A stretch of 64,000 bases of DNA. Origin: Parasitella parasitica NRRL 2501 (lineage: Eukaryota; Fungi; Mucoromycota). Location of the stretch: NCBI GenBank assembly GCA_025201805.1, contig MU619300.1, positions 70,962 to 134,961 on the forward strand, in the 5' to 3' direction. Below the pieces are notes generated by a model. The model worked only from the letters and a program-made list of their open reading frames with translations. It was not told the DNA's origin and did no database searches. A program made the position numbers and the translations under genes. Shown in pieces: positions 13,801-27,045 of this stretch (positions are counted from its first letter, which is position 1; every line of letters begins with the position of its first letter).

Positions 13801-15944
13801 GATATTGAGCAAAAACTAGACATCAAGGTGTCGCCACCGCCAGTAGCATTCTTTGGCAAGAAAAAAGCGGACAAGCATCAACAGAATACATGCAATTTCA
13901 TCATGTTGGCAAGGGTAGATGCTCGACGATTAATGAAAAAGGTAATATTTTTTTTGTGTGTGATTTCTCGGTTTCTCACATTTTAGCTTAGGTTTTGGTG
14001 TATTTGCCAGAGATTCTACAAACATTAGAGAATCTCTATGCAGAGTTACAGGAAAAGGTACTTGTCATTGAGCATGAAGCTGGCATTATTACTGACTCGT
14101 TCAATTCTAGGATATAGAGCCAGGACATATAGATGTAAGAGATCTGATTTTATAGTGGAAAAAAAAAAGGATCCGGCTTGACGTTTTTATAGGGGTCAGA
14201 GACACTTGTTGAATGCATCACTAGGATTTTTGATATCGTCTTCAAACTAGTCTCGTGGCCGGACATTGAGATTGCGGATAATAAAGACATCCTCAAAGAT
14301 ATCATCCGCATCGTTGCTGAGAGAGTCTCTGGCAAGGATCCACAACAAGCATTTGAGTATCTATCCAACTACATTGTCGGCATCCCCAAAGCAACCACAG
14401 CAGTATTGCTATACAAGATATTACTACGGTTCATGGCACTGTTTAATGTCATTGACAACAAATATGCTCTCAATGTGGTAAACCAGATTGTGTCTACAGA
14501 TTGGTTTGACTGGAGAGACATTCAAAAGGAAATTCCGTTCTTGTTTGAAGAGTCTATTGAAAAGAGCCAAGCGTCATTGTCATTGCTGTCTGATTTTGTT
14601 AATATCGTACTACCCCGATATGAAGCAGAGGGCGTTTTAGAAGAGTATCCACTACTGAAACCAGACACCATCAACCAGCACTATCAGGTCTGTTTCGTAG
14701 TTTAGAGCGCATTTTATACTCGATCACTGATATTTTAGTATTCAATAGGCCATCTTTAATCAAACCGTCAAGGCATTAGATTTGCTAAAAGATACAGATC
14801 AAGACGCTGAGATTGTCTTGACGCAAACTGCACATATTGTCAAGATATTCGAACGACTCACAGATTATGTAAAAACCAAAGAGAACAGAACCCTGATGGG
14901 TGTCTTGCTAAAGGCAGGACGTATATTCATCGACCAATTTACAAAACACTCTGTTCCGTACTTTTCAAGCGTTTTCAAAGAGCATTCACCTAGTATCCTT
15001 AGCATTTTCAAAGATTTACAATCTAGTACTCGAATGCTTCAGGTAAGAAAAAAAATAAGCGGTTTTGCTCGAAAGATGTGTGTTTTTTTTTACAATTCAT
15101 AGATTATATGCTCTCATGTTAAAGTGTTGAAGGATGTGTCTCAAAGTGCCTATGTACCGCCATTGAAAAAGTCATTGGAAATTGTAATTTACCAGGTCAA
15201 GCTGGTCCTCATTGAAAACCGCATACCACAATCTGCATTTTTTATGGGTAAGCTGAGTCAATTGAATGACGACTTGATAGGGGAGCTAAAACTTGAGATT
15301 TTTAGGTGCATTGAAACATAGAGATATTCATGGCGCTGAAGTGTCATCACAGGTGATAATGATTGTCTGCGCACTTTTTACCAAGAAACTGATAATGGCT
15401 CTAGATTCCAAAGGACCTCTCAGCATCTTCAGAAGAAGAACAAGATGAAATTGTTGATGAAGGCGTAGAATTGCAAGCAATCGAAGAGGAGGATGAGCAA
15501 GAAGAAGAAGATGAGACTGATTCCCAGGAGAAGAAGCATAAAAAAGCCAGAAAATCGGCCGCTCCCAAACGCAAAAGAAATAGCAGTGCAATCCGAAAAC
15601 AAAAAAGTGTCCAAATTACTTACCGTACATCGAGCGTTGTGCCTTCTTCATCTGATGAAGACAATGGAGAGCCTGAATACAAAAGAAAGAAAGCTACTAG
15701 AAAAGCACAATGCCAAGTTGAGGATGAGAGAGAAGAGGAGGAAGAGGGCGTGATTGTATTTACTGATGGCGACCTTCAATCTGATGAAGATGAACCCATG
15801 GACGATAAAGAAGTATTACCGCCTTCTCTATCACCTTCGCCCTCACCATCGCCTCCACCTCCACCTATAAAGAAGCAATCTGCACCTAAGCGCGGCAGTC
15901 TTGGTTTATCGAAATCTTCCAAGACTTTCAATCTAAGTAAATAA
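10827..15944 (+). CDS. FANCD2: Fanconi anemia group D2 protein homolog, multi-exon
   Basis: RLILHQLRWLD, EMITSLPDIV, KGILDYLDNL, EIQTIIRKQLSNPREKYKSIGII (equivalent of the monoubiquitination segment VIRKQLS...KYKLIGII; Lys codon 12570-12572), LQSSTRMLQ-IICSHVK, VPPLKKSLE, FFMGALKHRDIHGAEVSSQ. Confidence 0.92.
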
Positions 15945-16112
15945 ATGCTTCAATATGTATCGCAATGGTGCGATGTGTATAATTAAGATCTTTACTGTCT
16001 CGGTGCTTCGCATCTGTAGTCATGCATCTGTAGTCAAAGTATCATATCTAAATTGGGGAAAAAAGAAAGAAAAAAAAAAAAAGTCTTTGATAACTACATA
16101 TGAATCTCATAT

Positions 16113-17829
16113 TTAGTTTGCTTTATTCCTTTTATAAAAACATGAGGGTATAGTTGTATGCATCGAATGATTCCTTGATTGTTTCGGGAAAATGTAACGC
16201 TTTAAACAGTGAGCAAGAGCCAGTAGAACAATCGCAAACTTAAGCCATAAACTGTTATATTATGATTAGTTGTCTATGCATCTAAGTAGCCTTCTTTTCA
16301 TCGAATCTGATTGCTTACCAATATTCCAATGAGCTGACTGATGAAAAGGCTAATGTTTGTTTCTTCAAAGACATGGTCTGGTCTCCATGATGTGATTGAG
16401 CAGCTTCATTTTCAAATGATAGAGGAGACATAATAATCAAGCATAGAAACATGGCCATGAATGCTTTGTTGCCGTTGTTTTCAGTTGGTGTGTTTGTGTT
16501 GGATCGAGATTCGTTGCTGCCAGCAGTAGTTTGCTGCTCTTCCTGGACACCTGTAAAGATTGCGGTGTTACGGCCGTTCTTTTTAGCTCTTTTACGATGT
16601 GGTCTTCGCGCGGCTTTTGGCAACAGTTCAGCCAAAGCCGCTCTCTGAGCCGCTCTTTCGCGCAGTATCCTTTGGTGTTCGGCTCTTTCCTGCTCCATTA
16701 ACTCTTGTCGTTCAGCTAGCACTCTCTGCTCTTCTGCTTGCTGGAAATCTTGTTTTTGAGCTTGAAAGCGATCCAAGGCCTTGGCACCACCCGGCATCTG
16801 AGCCAAGATTTGCTGCAGCACTTGGTTTTCACGTTCTGCCAATTCGTTGCTATGCTTTAAATGATGAATGTATTCAGTGGCTTTAAGTAAAATGGTGGCC
16901 TTATTGAGTTTTTTGGCGACTTCTACGCCTTCTACAATATCGACTGGGTTGGAGGAGACAGCGCCATCATCATCATCAGATTCGGCAGCTTCATCTTCGT
17001 CATCTCCAGCATTACTCGAGCTAACACTCTTTTTTCTCCCTCGGATCTTGGCCTTGTAAAGCACAGGTACAACGTTCTTCAAATCGCGGATACGGTCGTT
17101 AATATTGTTGCGATAACGGCGCTCAATGGCATTATGAGCTACTTTTTTCAGCTGGCGACCTGTTTCGACAGGAGAATTGCGACGAGTGGAGCGAGCCGCG
17201 ATGGCGGCAACAGCAGCAGCGACCATATTAGATGTGTTGCTACTGACAGAATCGCTACGATGGCTCTTTCTCCCATGACGAATTTCGTGGCAATCTTCTT
17301 TTGGAAATTCAGAGACGACTACGTTCGTAAAACGTTAATTAAGCGCGTATTTTTAGTGGCATGATTGCTCTGTACCTTTATTTTCGCTGGTTGATTTTCG
17401 CCATTGATCAATTACAGCATATGCGTTTGCAAGTTGAGGAGGAGATGTCGGAGATACAGTTTTAGACGGTTCGGAAGTAGAACAGGGTGAGTTTGCTTCA
17501 GTTGAATGCAATGATGCGCGGGATTGAGGTGTACCAGGGAAGATAGCATCAGACATCGGTGTAGGAAAATTAGTGGCATTGCTTGCCATAATGGTGGTAA
17601 TGGGTGGTACACTGGCTGCTACAGCGAAACAATGACCAGATGTGACGGTAGTAGCTGATAGCTGCTCAGAACAAGCAATACTATAGTTGCAATGTCCATG
17701 TGGGTGCCGTGCTGAGTAGAAACGACCAGGACTTGACAGACTGGGTTGACTGACCATGTCTAGAGTGGAAACAGGAGTATGCTGATGTAGCATTTGTTGC
17801 TTTGAACACCAATTGAGCTCCTGGATTGG

Positions 17830-17889
<60 letters not shown>

Positions 17890-18060
17890 GTGTAGGTAAT
17901 ATTGATGCTGCTGTAATTGAGCAACAAAAGGAGGGGCCCCAAATCGATGGGGTAGTGTAGGATGAATAATTTTCCCGTAGTTTGACATCTGTTGCTGGTG
18001 ATTAGGATGCAGTGAGCTGGAGGTCACATCGAAATACGTATCGAAGTCTAAATCTGGCAT
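16113..18060 (-). CDS. SREBP-type bHLH transcription factor with polyQ N-terminus and two predicted transmembrane segments, 3 exons
   Basis: KKVAHNAIERRYRNNINDRI (Tyr in the basic region is the SREBP signature) and KLNKATILLKATEYIHHL. Hydrophobic segments KAFMAMFLCLIIMSPL and LWLKFAIVLLALAHCL, the second in a short last exon. Confidence 0.85.
17833..17889 (-). repeat. (CAG)18 + CAA polyglutamine tract
   Basis: Perfect ctg run on the + strand within exon 1 of the bHLH gene. Confidence 0.95.
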
Positions 18061-19439
18061 TTCTTGTTGAAGCATTGCGTTTTCCTGGCAAGCGACTTGA
18101 TCAGCTTGTTAAATGAAATAATAAACAAGGAAGAAAAAAAAAGCCAACGCCAAAAAGAGGGGAAATATAGATTCAATACGGAAATCAAGACATTGTTTCA
18201 GCATGAAAGTGGCATGTTGTTTTGGAAAAAGGGTCATGTCAATAGCAGCATTTCTTACATTACAAGTAGAAAAAAGCTTAGAGCAAAGAGTACTATACAC
18301 AGGCAATGAATTTCATGATTCTTGTCTACATTTCAGGTCATTTACCAAGATTCTTTACGTACATTGTGTATATTTTTTTTTTGCGTATACGCTATTTTAA
18401 ACCAGACATTGTATTCGGAAGCATTTTGAAATAAAAAAATAAAAAAATCACTCTTATTTACAAAATACCTTTGAAACTTTTAAAATATAGAAATTTTGAA
18501 ACAATTCAGAGGATGAAAATGCTATCAATAACTGTGATATTGAATAATACATTGTTTTATGCCACTAGACTTGATGCAAAATAAATATATCAAATTAAAA
18601 GGCCTGTGGTACGTTCAAAGTTACAGACATTAATGCAATGCCATGTAGAGTGCTTAAAATCAGCTATCTATGATATTGATCTTTTTCAATCCCCAATTAG
18701 CCGTTTGAACCGAGAAAAAAAAGAAAGGAAGTTTATCATGTCATTCAAGCTACTACAGTATGCTTAAAGTTAAATTAAGTTTCCAGAGCAATATACGAGG
18801 ATCACAGTTATTCAACGTATATATGTCACCCATCCAGATGATATTTTAAAGCTAATAGTGGTTACCAATGCCAAAGATTTGGGAAGGGATACTTTTTTTT
18901 TTTTTTTTTTTTTTTTCTAAAAATAAAGCGCGGCTGTACTCAACTAGATATCAACTCACACTCTTCTTCCTGAGAGGTGTCCTCAGCATAGCGACTTTGG
19001 AAAGCAGCAGTAGTGCCAGCAACAATATGGAATATATAGAAAGGCTGTCCATTAATCGCAAAACGGTAGTTGGTCTTCGATAACTTGAAAATGGCAGTGA
19101 TGGCGTCAAGTGCGGGCCCAGATGGCCCAAGGAAGATACTTGGTCGCGTTTCTAAAATCCATTTGCGTTTTACTGACATGGAATCATAAATATGTTAACG
19201 GTTTCACATGAATAAAATAAAACTAATGAAAGAGGCAAACATTGTATCTGGTACTGCTGTTATGACATATACTTTTAACAAAAAAAAAGGAACTTTGCTA
19301 ATATACCAAACTCTTATTGCATTTTATCAATTGAAAATCAATAAGCGTCAATTCTGAATAAACAATGAAAAAATCAAAAATATTAGGTGTATTACGTGAG
19401 CACAGACTCTTTGAACAGAGCAAGTCGGGCGATACATTT

Positions 19440-21423
19440 TGCAGTTTCTGAAAAAAATTCAAGTAAACGATAAAGGTCATGGTGATTGTGATAATATACA
19501 TTAGGGCTTCTGGTAATAAACCTTTTATTTCTAATAAAAGCCAAAAAGAGAAATGTCTCCGTAAAAAGATTTCTCTCCGTATTTAGAGAAAAAGAGCAAT
19601 TGCTTTCTTTCATTCATAGTGAATATACAAAGAGAATGTGTTGTAAAATAAGCTATCTACATCATATCTTTAAGTTCAAGTAGTCTTTAAAAAAGATTAC
19701 GGTTGTCTATTGACAAACATCAGTGATTCAGGGTGTTAGTGTGTCTGTTGACTATGGATCAAAAACCTTTAATTGGATTCAAGAACGGAGAGTATAGTTG
19801 AAGATAAACACATTTATGTCCTTAGGATTCCATAAGTTTCTATACAGACAGTTTTTTTTATGTGTACGCGTTATATTCTGGTGGCTGTTTGTTTGCTCTT
19901 CTCTGGCAGTTTCTTGTACCTTCAATTGATTTGGCGTCTTCTAGTGTATAAGGTCATGTCAGATATATACCAAGCTTGGCTCCCTATATCCAATTGCACA
20001 GTAGAATAGCCATCCTTTCCATAACATTAGAAAGGTACAAAAGTGTGCGTAGATTTCAGGCGCCTGATTTTATTTTATTTTTTGGTCTACGCGAACTTCA
20101 GTGTGTTGTTGTCAGAAAAGAGACAAAAACTGTAAGAAAACAATGTTTAGCGATCTCAAACACTAAAAAAAAAAAGCAATGCAAAGTAATGCATTAGATT
20201 ATAAGGCACCTTTTGATTACAAATTTGCATAGCTTAGAGCAAGTTTTTATGCTCTCTGAGTTGAAAACAGATGAAGACAACGACTTTTCTGACTTTTTTC
20301 GGAAAAGTATTTTTCAAAATCGGAGCGTGAGATCATCAGGTCCGTTACAGATATGCAAGTGCTATCATTAGAAAGCCAAGAAGCACAAAATTTGAATAAA
20401 TTAAATTGCAACTGTTTTTCTCTTCAATTGGGCAAGCTATGGCTTCTCAAAGCTCAAAAATCACTATTTTTCTTGGATAGCGGAGATTAATGTGTCCAAA
20501 ACAAGGAAGGAAAAATTCTTTCAGATACTCCATTTGGACAATTTGAGAACAAAATTACTTTTTTCAGGCAAGATATCATCTTCGGATACTATGCATACCA
20601 CGGCTGTCGTTCTATGATAATAGTTGTAGTTCTGGGCGCTCTACACGATGGTATCATTTCATAATCTCCATATGTTCATGGAAGGAATTCTGTCGAAAAA
20701 ACCTCAAAATCAGATCAAGCGAGAAAAGTCAATATTTTGCTTAATCAGAGCGCATCTCCAGTCTTTCAGATCAAGGAATGGTCTTTTGCGACCATTTTCC
20801 TCTAATATATGCTATAGTAAAAAGTTTTATTTTTGAGGTCAAAATTGAGGATAATGCATAACTGATGATTTTGGATGTGTGGATACAAGGAAAAAACTGA
20901 AAAAAATCGGTCATTTTGCATCGAAAAAAAAATCATGCTCAAATTGCACCAAAATCATATATAATATTGTTTTTTCCCAATGGATACTATTTCCGGTGTA
21001 ATCAGGGCACTTTTGACTATCAAAATCAATCAATAAATGGCACAGGAAGCTCAAGTTTTTGCTTTTAAGCTGTAAAAAAATATCTATCTGCAGATGATAT
21101 CACGCCAATGTCAATTCTAATACATGACACAGCTCTATAAAGTAAGTATTCTTGATGCCACAAGTATACATTTCTTCATAGTAGTATGGCAAAACAGGTA
21201 TGGCTCATCGAGTTGGAAGCAAAAGAGGATAATTAATGAACCCAATGTTTTTTCTGTAATAACCCCTTGCTATTTGTGAATAATTACCAAGTTGCCAATT
21301 GCTAGTGGCAGAGAGGCCCTATTACCATTGTTGCTTATATAAATGATAAATTTCAGTTCTAGAGTTCCTTTTTTTTTTGTAATTTCAATGCTAAACTTGT
21401 AAAAATAGAAGGTAAAATTGAGG
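19440..21423 (+). repeat. ~2 kb non-coding repeat, copy 1 (probable non-autonomous transposon-derived sequence)
   Basis: Reverse complement of 41204-43240 along its length. The short ORFs 20648-20836(+) and 41772-41960(-) are near-identical. No credible long ORF. Confidence 0.9.
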
Positions 21424-21479
21424 GTAATTTTATTAACAAAAGTTAGGCTTCATAATAAACTTCTCGTAGATTTCAAGTT

Positions 21480-22800
21480 CCAGGCACTGTATTATCCAAT
21501 TCTGAACAGGGGATAATTCGCTATACCAAGCACATTTTTGTATACCAACCCGTCTGTTTTAACGATCAAGCTGACGGAATATTTGATAAGAATGTGTATC
21601 GTTCGGATCTGGGGGCCGGAAAATACACCATCATTGCAGTAATGGTGCAAATGCGTCAGAAGCATTGGATGCAGTGGTTGGGATGATGCATCCACAGACA
21701 CTAAGGATATTGTTAAAGAACAATATGCCAGAAGAGAAAGAGACTAGCCCGCAATGAGAAGACCACATACTGGGTTTGGCTTGGAATTACGAATGTAATA
21801 TAGTACCCTGTATTGAGGAAGAAGAGGCATACGTTTCTTGACGTACAAGTGAATCAAGGGAACGGGTCCTAAGATTACGTACAAGTTGACTACGAGTGGA
21901 CATGTCGCAAAGAAATTGGTAAGGCCGCGGCAGTTGAGTGATCCAGTATTAAATTTAAGAAGTATCGGGGGTTGTTGAAGTCGTGTTAGGAAAGTAAGCC
22001 GAGTCTATGGATATATAAATCGTATAGTTATTAGTAATAGGATCTAACAAATTCATTTTATTATGATTCTTTTTCAAAGCAACAGTGAGTTAAAGAAGAA
22101 GGACGTATTGGAAGCGAATTTGTCTGAAACCAGGCATGATGAGTGTGGGTAGGTTCGTGAACGTTCACAACATCAGTAGAAGGGTCCGTAGGAAAAGATT
22201 CAGAGGCAACTGTCAATGTGACTGATATAGAAGTAGCATCCACGACAGTGAGAGAGGCAACAAGAGGTAGAAGCAGTAATGATCGCAGCGGGAGAGGTTG
22301 GGGAAAGCCCTGATGCATTATTAGCGAAAGGATAGAGGGGAGAACGACCCCCTGCTCAATGGCTCGTTTCCCGAAGAAGCTTTTCGCTTCTTACCACGCT
22401 TTTGCTGATCTTCATATATTACGGCGGGGACATTGCTTACGAATGTGGCCCTTGCATTCACATAAGCGACAATTGACACTTTGAATAAGCGAACAGGGCA
22501 ATCAACGAAGGTGCGGTCGACTGAGTGACATAGTAGTGAGGGTACGAAGGCATGGCTGCCCAAGTGGCACAAATAAGGATCTAGTCAAGATTCGTGGTCA
22601 ATGAATCATTGGTAGACGAGTAGTCCAATGGACGGTAGGCCCATTCCACTCGGTGAGGTAGTTTAGGTATATCTTGCTGGGCCGCTAATACAACGTAACC
22701 CTCACCAGAGTAAAGACTGGCCAAATCAGTTACGAAGCCACAACCAGTAGCAGAACTACATTCTTAATAATTTTCTTGCATGCCAGAGTGAAGATTGTTC
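21480..22800 (-). mobile_element. Degenerate L1/Tx1-type LINE 5' part (ORF1 zinc knuckle plus APE endonuclease start)
   Basis: Minus strand CRLCECKGHIRKQCP (CCHC knuckle, 22427-22471), then GSLNCRGL (21921-21944), LRTRSLD..RQETYA and FQAKPSMWSSHCGLVS, with stops and frameshifts. Confidence 0.8.
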
Positions 22801-23089
22801 CTGGCGACCGTAAAAAAAAGGCCACTTTCACCGTGGCAACGAGGATTCAGGGATGTAGCCATAACACTCGATTTCATGGAGACACCTGAGAAAAATTTTG
22901 ACCATAGCTTTTTTGTTTGTTGAAAAATCACTTCTTCAGACCTTGCAAAGCACCGTTTGATTCTTTAGCGGAGGAAACCATGTTTGCAAGTACCATCTTC
23001 CTTAACAGATGTAAATGGGTCCTGTAGAACACTCCCGTATTACAAATAAGGGATTCCCTTTATACCAAGAGCGAAAATCAGTGCAAGAT

Positions 23090-24130
23090 AGCTTACATTA
23101 CCGAAATTTTACGGTGAAACCACTTTTGAAATGAAATTGTGAGGATCAGGTTTTCACTGATAAAATGCACAATGTCGTGGATTCCATTACTCACCTCGTA
23201 CATGCGGCAATTTTATTCGTGAACTACTATTTGCGTCGTTTGTTGGAAGAGAAGAACATTCCACCGTTGGCCCCAAACTACTTGTAAAATTGCTTTGCGT
23301 TATTTGCATATCAAGGCAAAAATGCTCCTACCTTACGTCAAGCAAACAGTAGCTGATTTCAAGAGTTCCTGAGTGGCCCAATGATTTGGACGAATTTTTA
23401 AAAAGACACAACACAGTGCTATCTCAATTGTGTCAATATTATGCCAATATGAAAAAGACATTGCCAATTATGTTGCAAAAATTTATGAATCCGTGACAAT
23501 CAAGCACTTTACTCATTTAATATCAATACTAGTGGTGATTCCTCTATAGATATTTTATTGAAAAATAGAAAAGCTCTTGCTTGTTTTGTTTACCAAGTAA
23601 AGATTGAAAGAGCATCTTGGCCACCATCGGTGGAAAAAACAGTTACAACAACAGATGGTGTACATTGATTGCTCAATCATTGGAACGAAGCTGGTGGAGG
23701 CTTTCCTATCCCTACAGACCCAAACTTATATGCACGATCACATCAATTTTCGGGATGGATTCGCCGGATTCAAGGAAAAGTACAAGAGGAGCCGTATATA
23801 ATGGAGAATGTGCAACTAAAGTTTGCCTCAAAGAGTTTCTCTACAGAAAATTGCCAATTGCTGTCAACAAAAAGAATGTTGCAAGATTCTGCTGTCGGCT
23901 GTCGTGTTGGACCCGTGAAAAGTTTTGAGGAGGCGATATTCAAAAAAGCCTTCAACAGCAGAGACCGCTTGATATTGTTTTCAATAGATGAATACATGAG
24001 AAGTCAAGTAAGCAATGTATACATGCAAAAGAAACTCCATGATGCCTATAATCAAGCCGGATCAACTGTTCATTCTATTTTATATTGTCCTAGTTGCAAA
24101 ATTTACCAACAGCTCAACAACAAAGCATGA
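23090..24130 (+). pseudogene. Degenerate Fanzor1-like nuclease remnant, internally deleted and 3'-truncated
   Basis: C-terminal GCRVGPVKSF...LILFSIDEYMRSQVSNVY...VHSILYCPSC resembles the RuvC-II Glu plus zinc-ribbon region seen at 1-309. N-terminal helical text YRNFTVK, KMHNVVDSITHLVHAAILFVNYYLRRLLE, FALFAYQGKNA is broken by stops. Confidence 0.6.
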
Positions 24131-25039
24131 AAAATCTCTTTGCTGGCAATTGAACAAGTACTTTATCACAATAGAATGTATTTACGGTCGTTTGATTTTA
24201 TCATATACTCATTGTAAGTGCACGCGATACCTGTTCTGATATATATGTTTACGAAAATTGATTTACGCATGACATATTTTAGAGCTTATTATATGACAAC
24301 TGGATAGATTTCCAGAATCGAATATCTATTTTGAGGAACTCGCTTGCTGTAAAATCATTGGTGGCTATACAGAAAACTCGAACCAAGGGACACTTGAGGT
24401 TGATTAACACCCATCTAATCTTTTGTTTCTCTTCCACTCCAAAAGGAAACCGAGTGCAAATTGAATTAGGACACATGCAAAATTATGTAGATAATTGAAG
24501 TTATGGCATTTCAAAAGCAAACTGGGATTTATCGAAGTTACCAATGAAAACAGAGGTGATGATATCATTTTTGTAACCATGGTAGCGTCCCACAAACGTG
24601 GAGATTTGGCAGAAAACTGACGTATTATGATACACAGAATTCTAATACAGTGGCATTAAATGGCGATCTTTACCAAACTAGTGCGACGCACAATTACCAC
24701 TATGAGGTAAATACTTCCATTTTAAACATAATCTGTCAAATAAATAAGACATTGTAGACTCAAAATTCTGTTTGCTGAACTGCCAATTACGAATGGAAAA
24801 TTAAAGCCTTCGACCAGCGTTCTTCAACGTGTAACATGACGTATAAGAAAGAAGCGAAGTTTCAGTTTTTTCGCAGTGTATCGACGATATATACCCAATA
24901 TAAATGCACTTCTCCGTCTAAACCTTAAAAAAAGGAAGCCTCATTCGGAAAAAATTCAAAAACCGTTTGGAAGACATTTATAAATGCACTGGTTGTTCAT
25001 AAACTTTCATCAAACTTTCTTTCTCTTTTAATTCGCAAA

Positions 25040-26842
25040 ATGTCCAACGAAAACATTAGAGGTACAGCCGATCTCTCAAAAATTCGTAGCAAATCGTACG
25101 ACCTTCCAAGACTTAGACCCACAAGTGGGGCCCGTCAAGCCAGCCATGCTCATTTTGCTGACATTATCGAAGACGAAGGCGCTCCTACTTCTCGTCCCAA
25201 CTCTGAAGCTATCACTACTATGCCCAATCACATCCTCCGCCCTCATTTCGACGAATCTAACAGAGTTAATTCCACTGGTAATGTACGCATAGCGCCCAGA
25301 CCCAAAATTTCAAGCAGAACCACTTCATTTGCCTCTGTTGCTGCCAAAAGAAAGTCTATAGCTAGAACTATTTCCTCTCTTTCTTTGTATAGCAATTTCG
25401 CAGGCGAACGTTTAGATGACAACTATCGGGGTCCTGGATCACGTCGCAATAGCCTCGCAGACGCAGAGAAAAGACAAAGCTACATCTCGCAAAAATCTTC
25501 AATCCACAAGCATGAGGAATCTACTGTGGGCGACGAAATGGTGGAGGACATTGAAGATGCAGCGCCTAAGGCTTCTGTTGGGAAGGCCATGTTCATGTTT
25601 CTCAAAGCGTTCATTGGATCTGGGGTGCTATTTTTGCCTAAAGCGTAAGTTTATTGTGCTCGGGCGGGCGGAAAAATATGCGGGAAACTAACTCATTGTA
25701 GGTTTCAAAACGGTGGTCTAGCACTATCGATTGTATTGATGGTTGTCATTGCCGCTATTTGTTTCTTTGCTTTCCTGAGATTAGTGAATACGCAAAAAGT
25801 AATTGGTGGGTCTTATGGTGATATGGGAGGTCTGCTTTTTGGCCAACCCCTTCGTTTCACTGTCTTGTTCTTTATCGTTATCTCTCAAATTGGCTTTGTT
25901 TGCTCTTATTTCATCTTCGTATCCGGCAATCTTCTTAACGCTGTCAATGTGCTTTCAAATTGCACCGCCGGAATCGAGCAAAAATATTATGTTTGGATGC
26001 CCCTTGCTATTTTGATTCCACTTGCGTTGGTTAGACATATTGCAAAGTTATCTTTTACTGCCATTATTGCGGACGTCTTTATCTTGTTTGGCCTAGTTTG
26101 CATCATTTACTTTACTGCTGATCAATTGGCTCATAGTGGCGTTGGTCCCAACGTTGCGGCTGTCAACCCTGCCAACTTTGCCCTTATGATTGGTACTGCG
26201 ACATTCTCATTCGAAGGTATTGGTCTTATCATCCCCATTGTCGAATCTATGGAGCATCCTGAGAAATTCCCCTTTGTGCTCACTCTGGGCATGGCTATTG
26301 TTTGTGTTATTTATATTTTAATCGGAACCATCTCATATCTGGCATACGGTGATACTATACAATCTGCTGTCATTTACAATTTTCCTCCTGACAACAACCT
26401 CACTATCGCTGTTGAACTGCTGTATTCTTTGGCTATTTGCTTAACTGCCCCCTTGATGCTTTTCCCTGCTTTAAAAATTATCGAAAATGGACTTTTCCGT
26501 AAATTCAGATCCGGTAAGGATAGTCTTCGCGTAAAGTGGTCCAAAAATGTATATAGGACTGCCTTGTGCGTACTCTGTGCCGCTATTGCTTTTGGTATCG
26601 GTGGCGATAATCTGGATAAGTTTGTCTCGTTAGTTGGCTCTGTCGCTTGTGTTCCTTTGTGCTTCATCTTCCCTGGCATGTTCCATTATAAGATTAGTAA
26701 GTCAACTGTGGACAAAATCCTCGATTCTCTTTTGATGATCTTTGGTTTGGGCATCATGATTTATACTTTGTATGTTTCAATTGACTCCTTTATTAATCCT
26801 GTATCCACTGGCGAAGCACTTGCGCCTTATTGCCCTGCTTAA
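25040..26842 (+). CDS. Amino acid/auxin permease-family transporter (Avt3/Avt4-like), one intron (~25645-25701)
   Basis: KAMFMFLKAFIGSGVLFLPKA-FQNGG, SYGDMG, ISQIGFVCSYFIF, GTATFSFEGIGLIIPI, PLMLFPA, DKFVSLVGSVACVPLCFIFP; multiple TM segments. Confidence 0.92.
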
Positions 26843-27045
26843 ATATCCTTTATATTTCCCCTTCTCCTAAATATGCATATATGTATGTTGGCGCTTTTGT
26901 ATTCATGCGAAATCAAGAAGCATTCTTTTTTTGTAAATATACCATATAAATAATGTAATCTTTTAATAAAATTTTTCAATCTTGAAACAATATACTCAAT
27001 TTCAGGCTAGATCCGTGCTATAAACAAATGGTTTTTATGGGACCT

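Noticed and set aside
20648-20836. Duplicated 62-aa ORF (also 41772-41960)
   Set aside because: No protein-like features; its conservation follows from the DNA repeat
19440-24130. Possible Mucor-type centromere (AT-rich core plus LINE flanks)
   Set aside because: The gene-free interval is only ~7 kb, the LINE pieces are decayed, and I cannot verify any centromere motif
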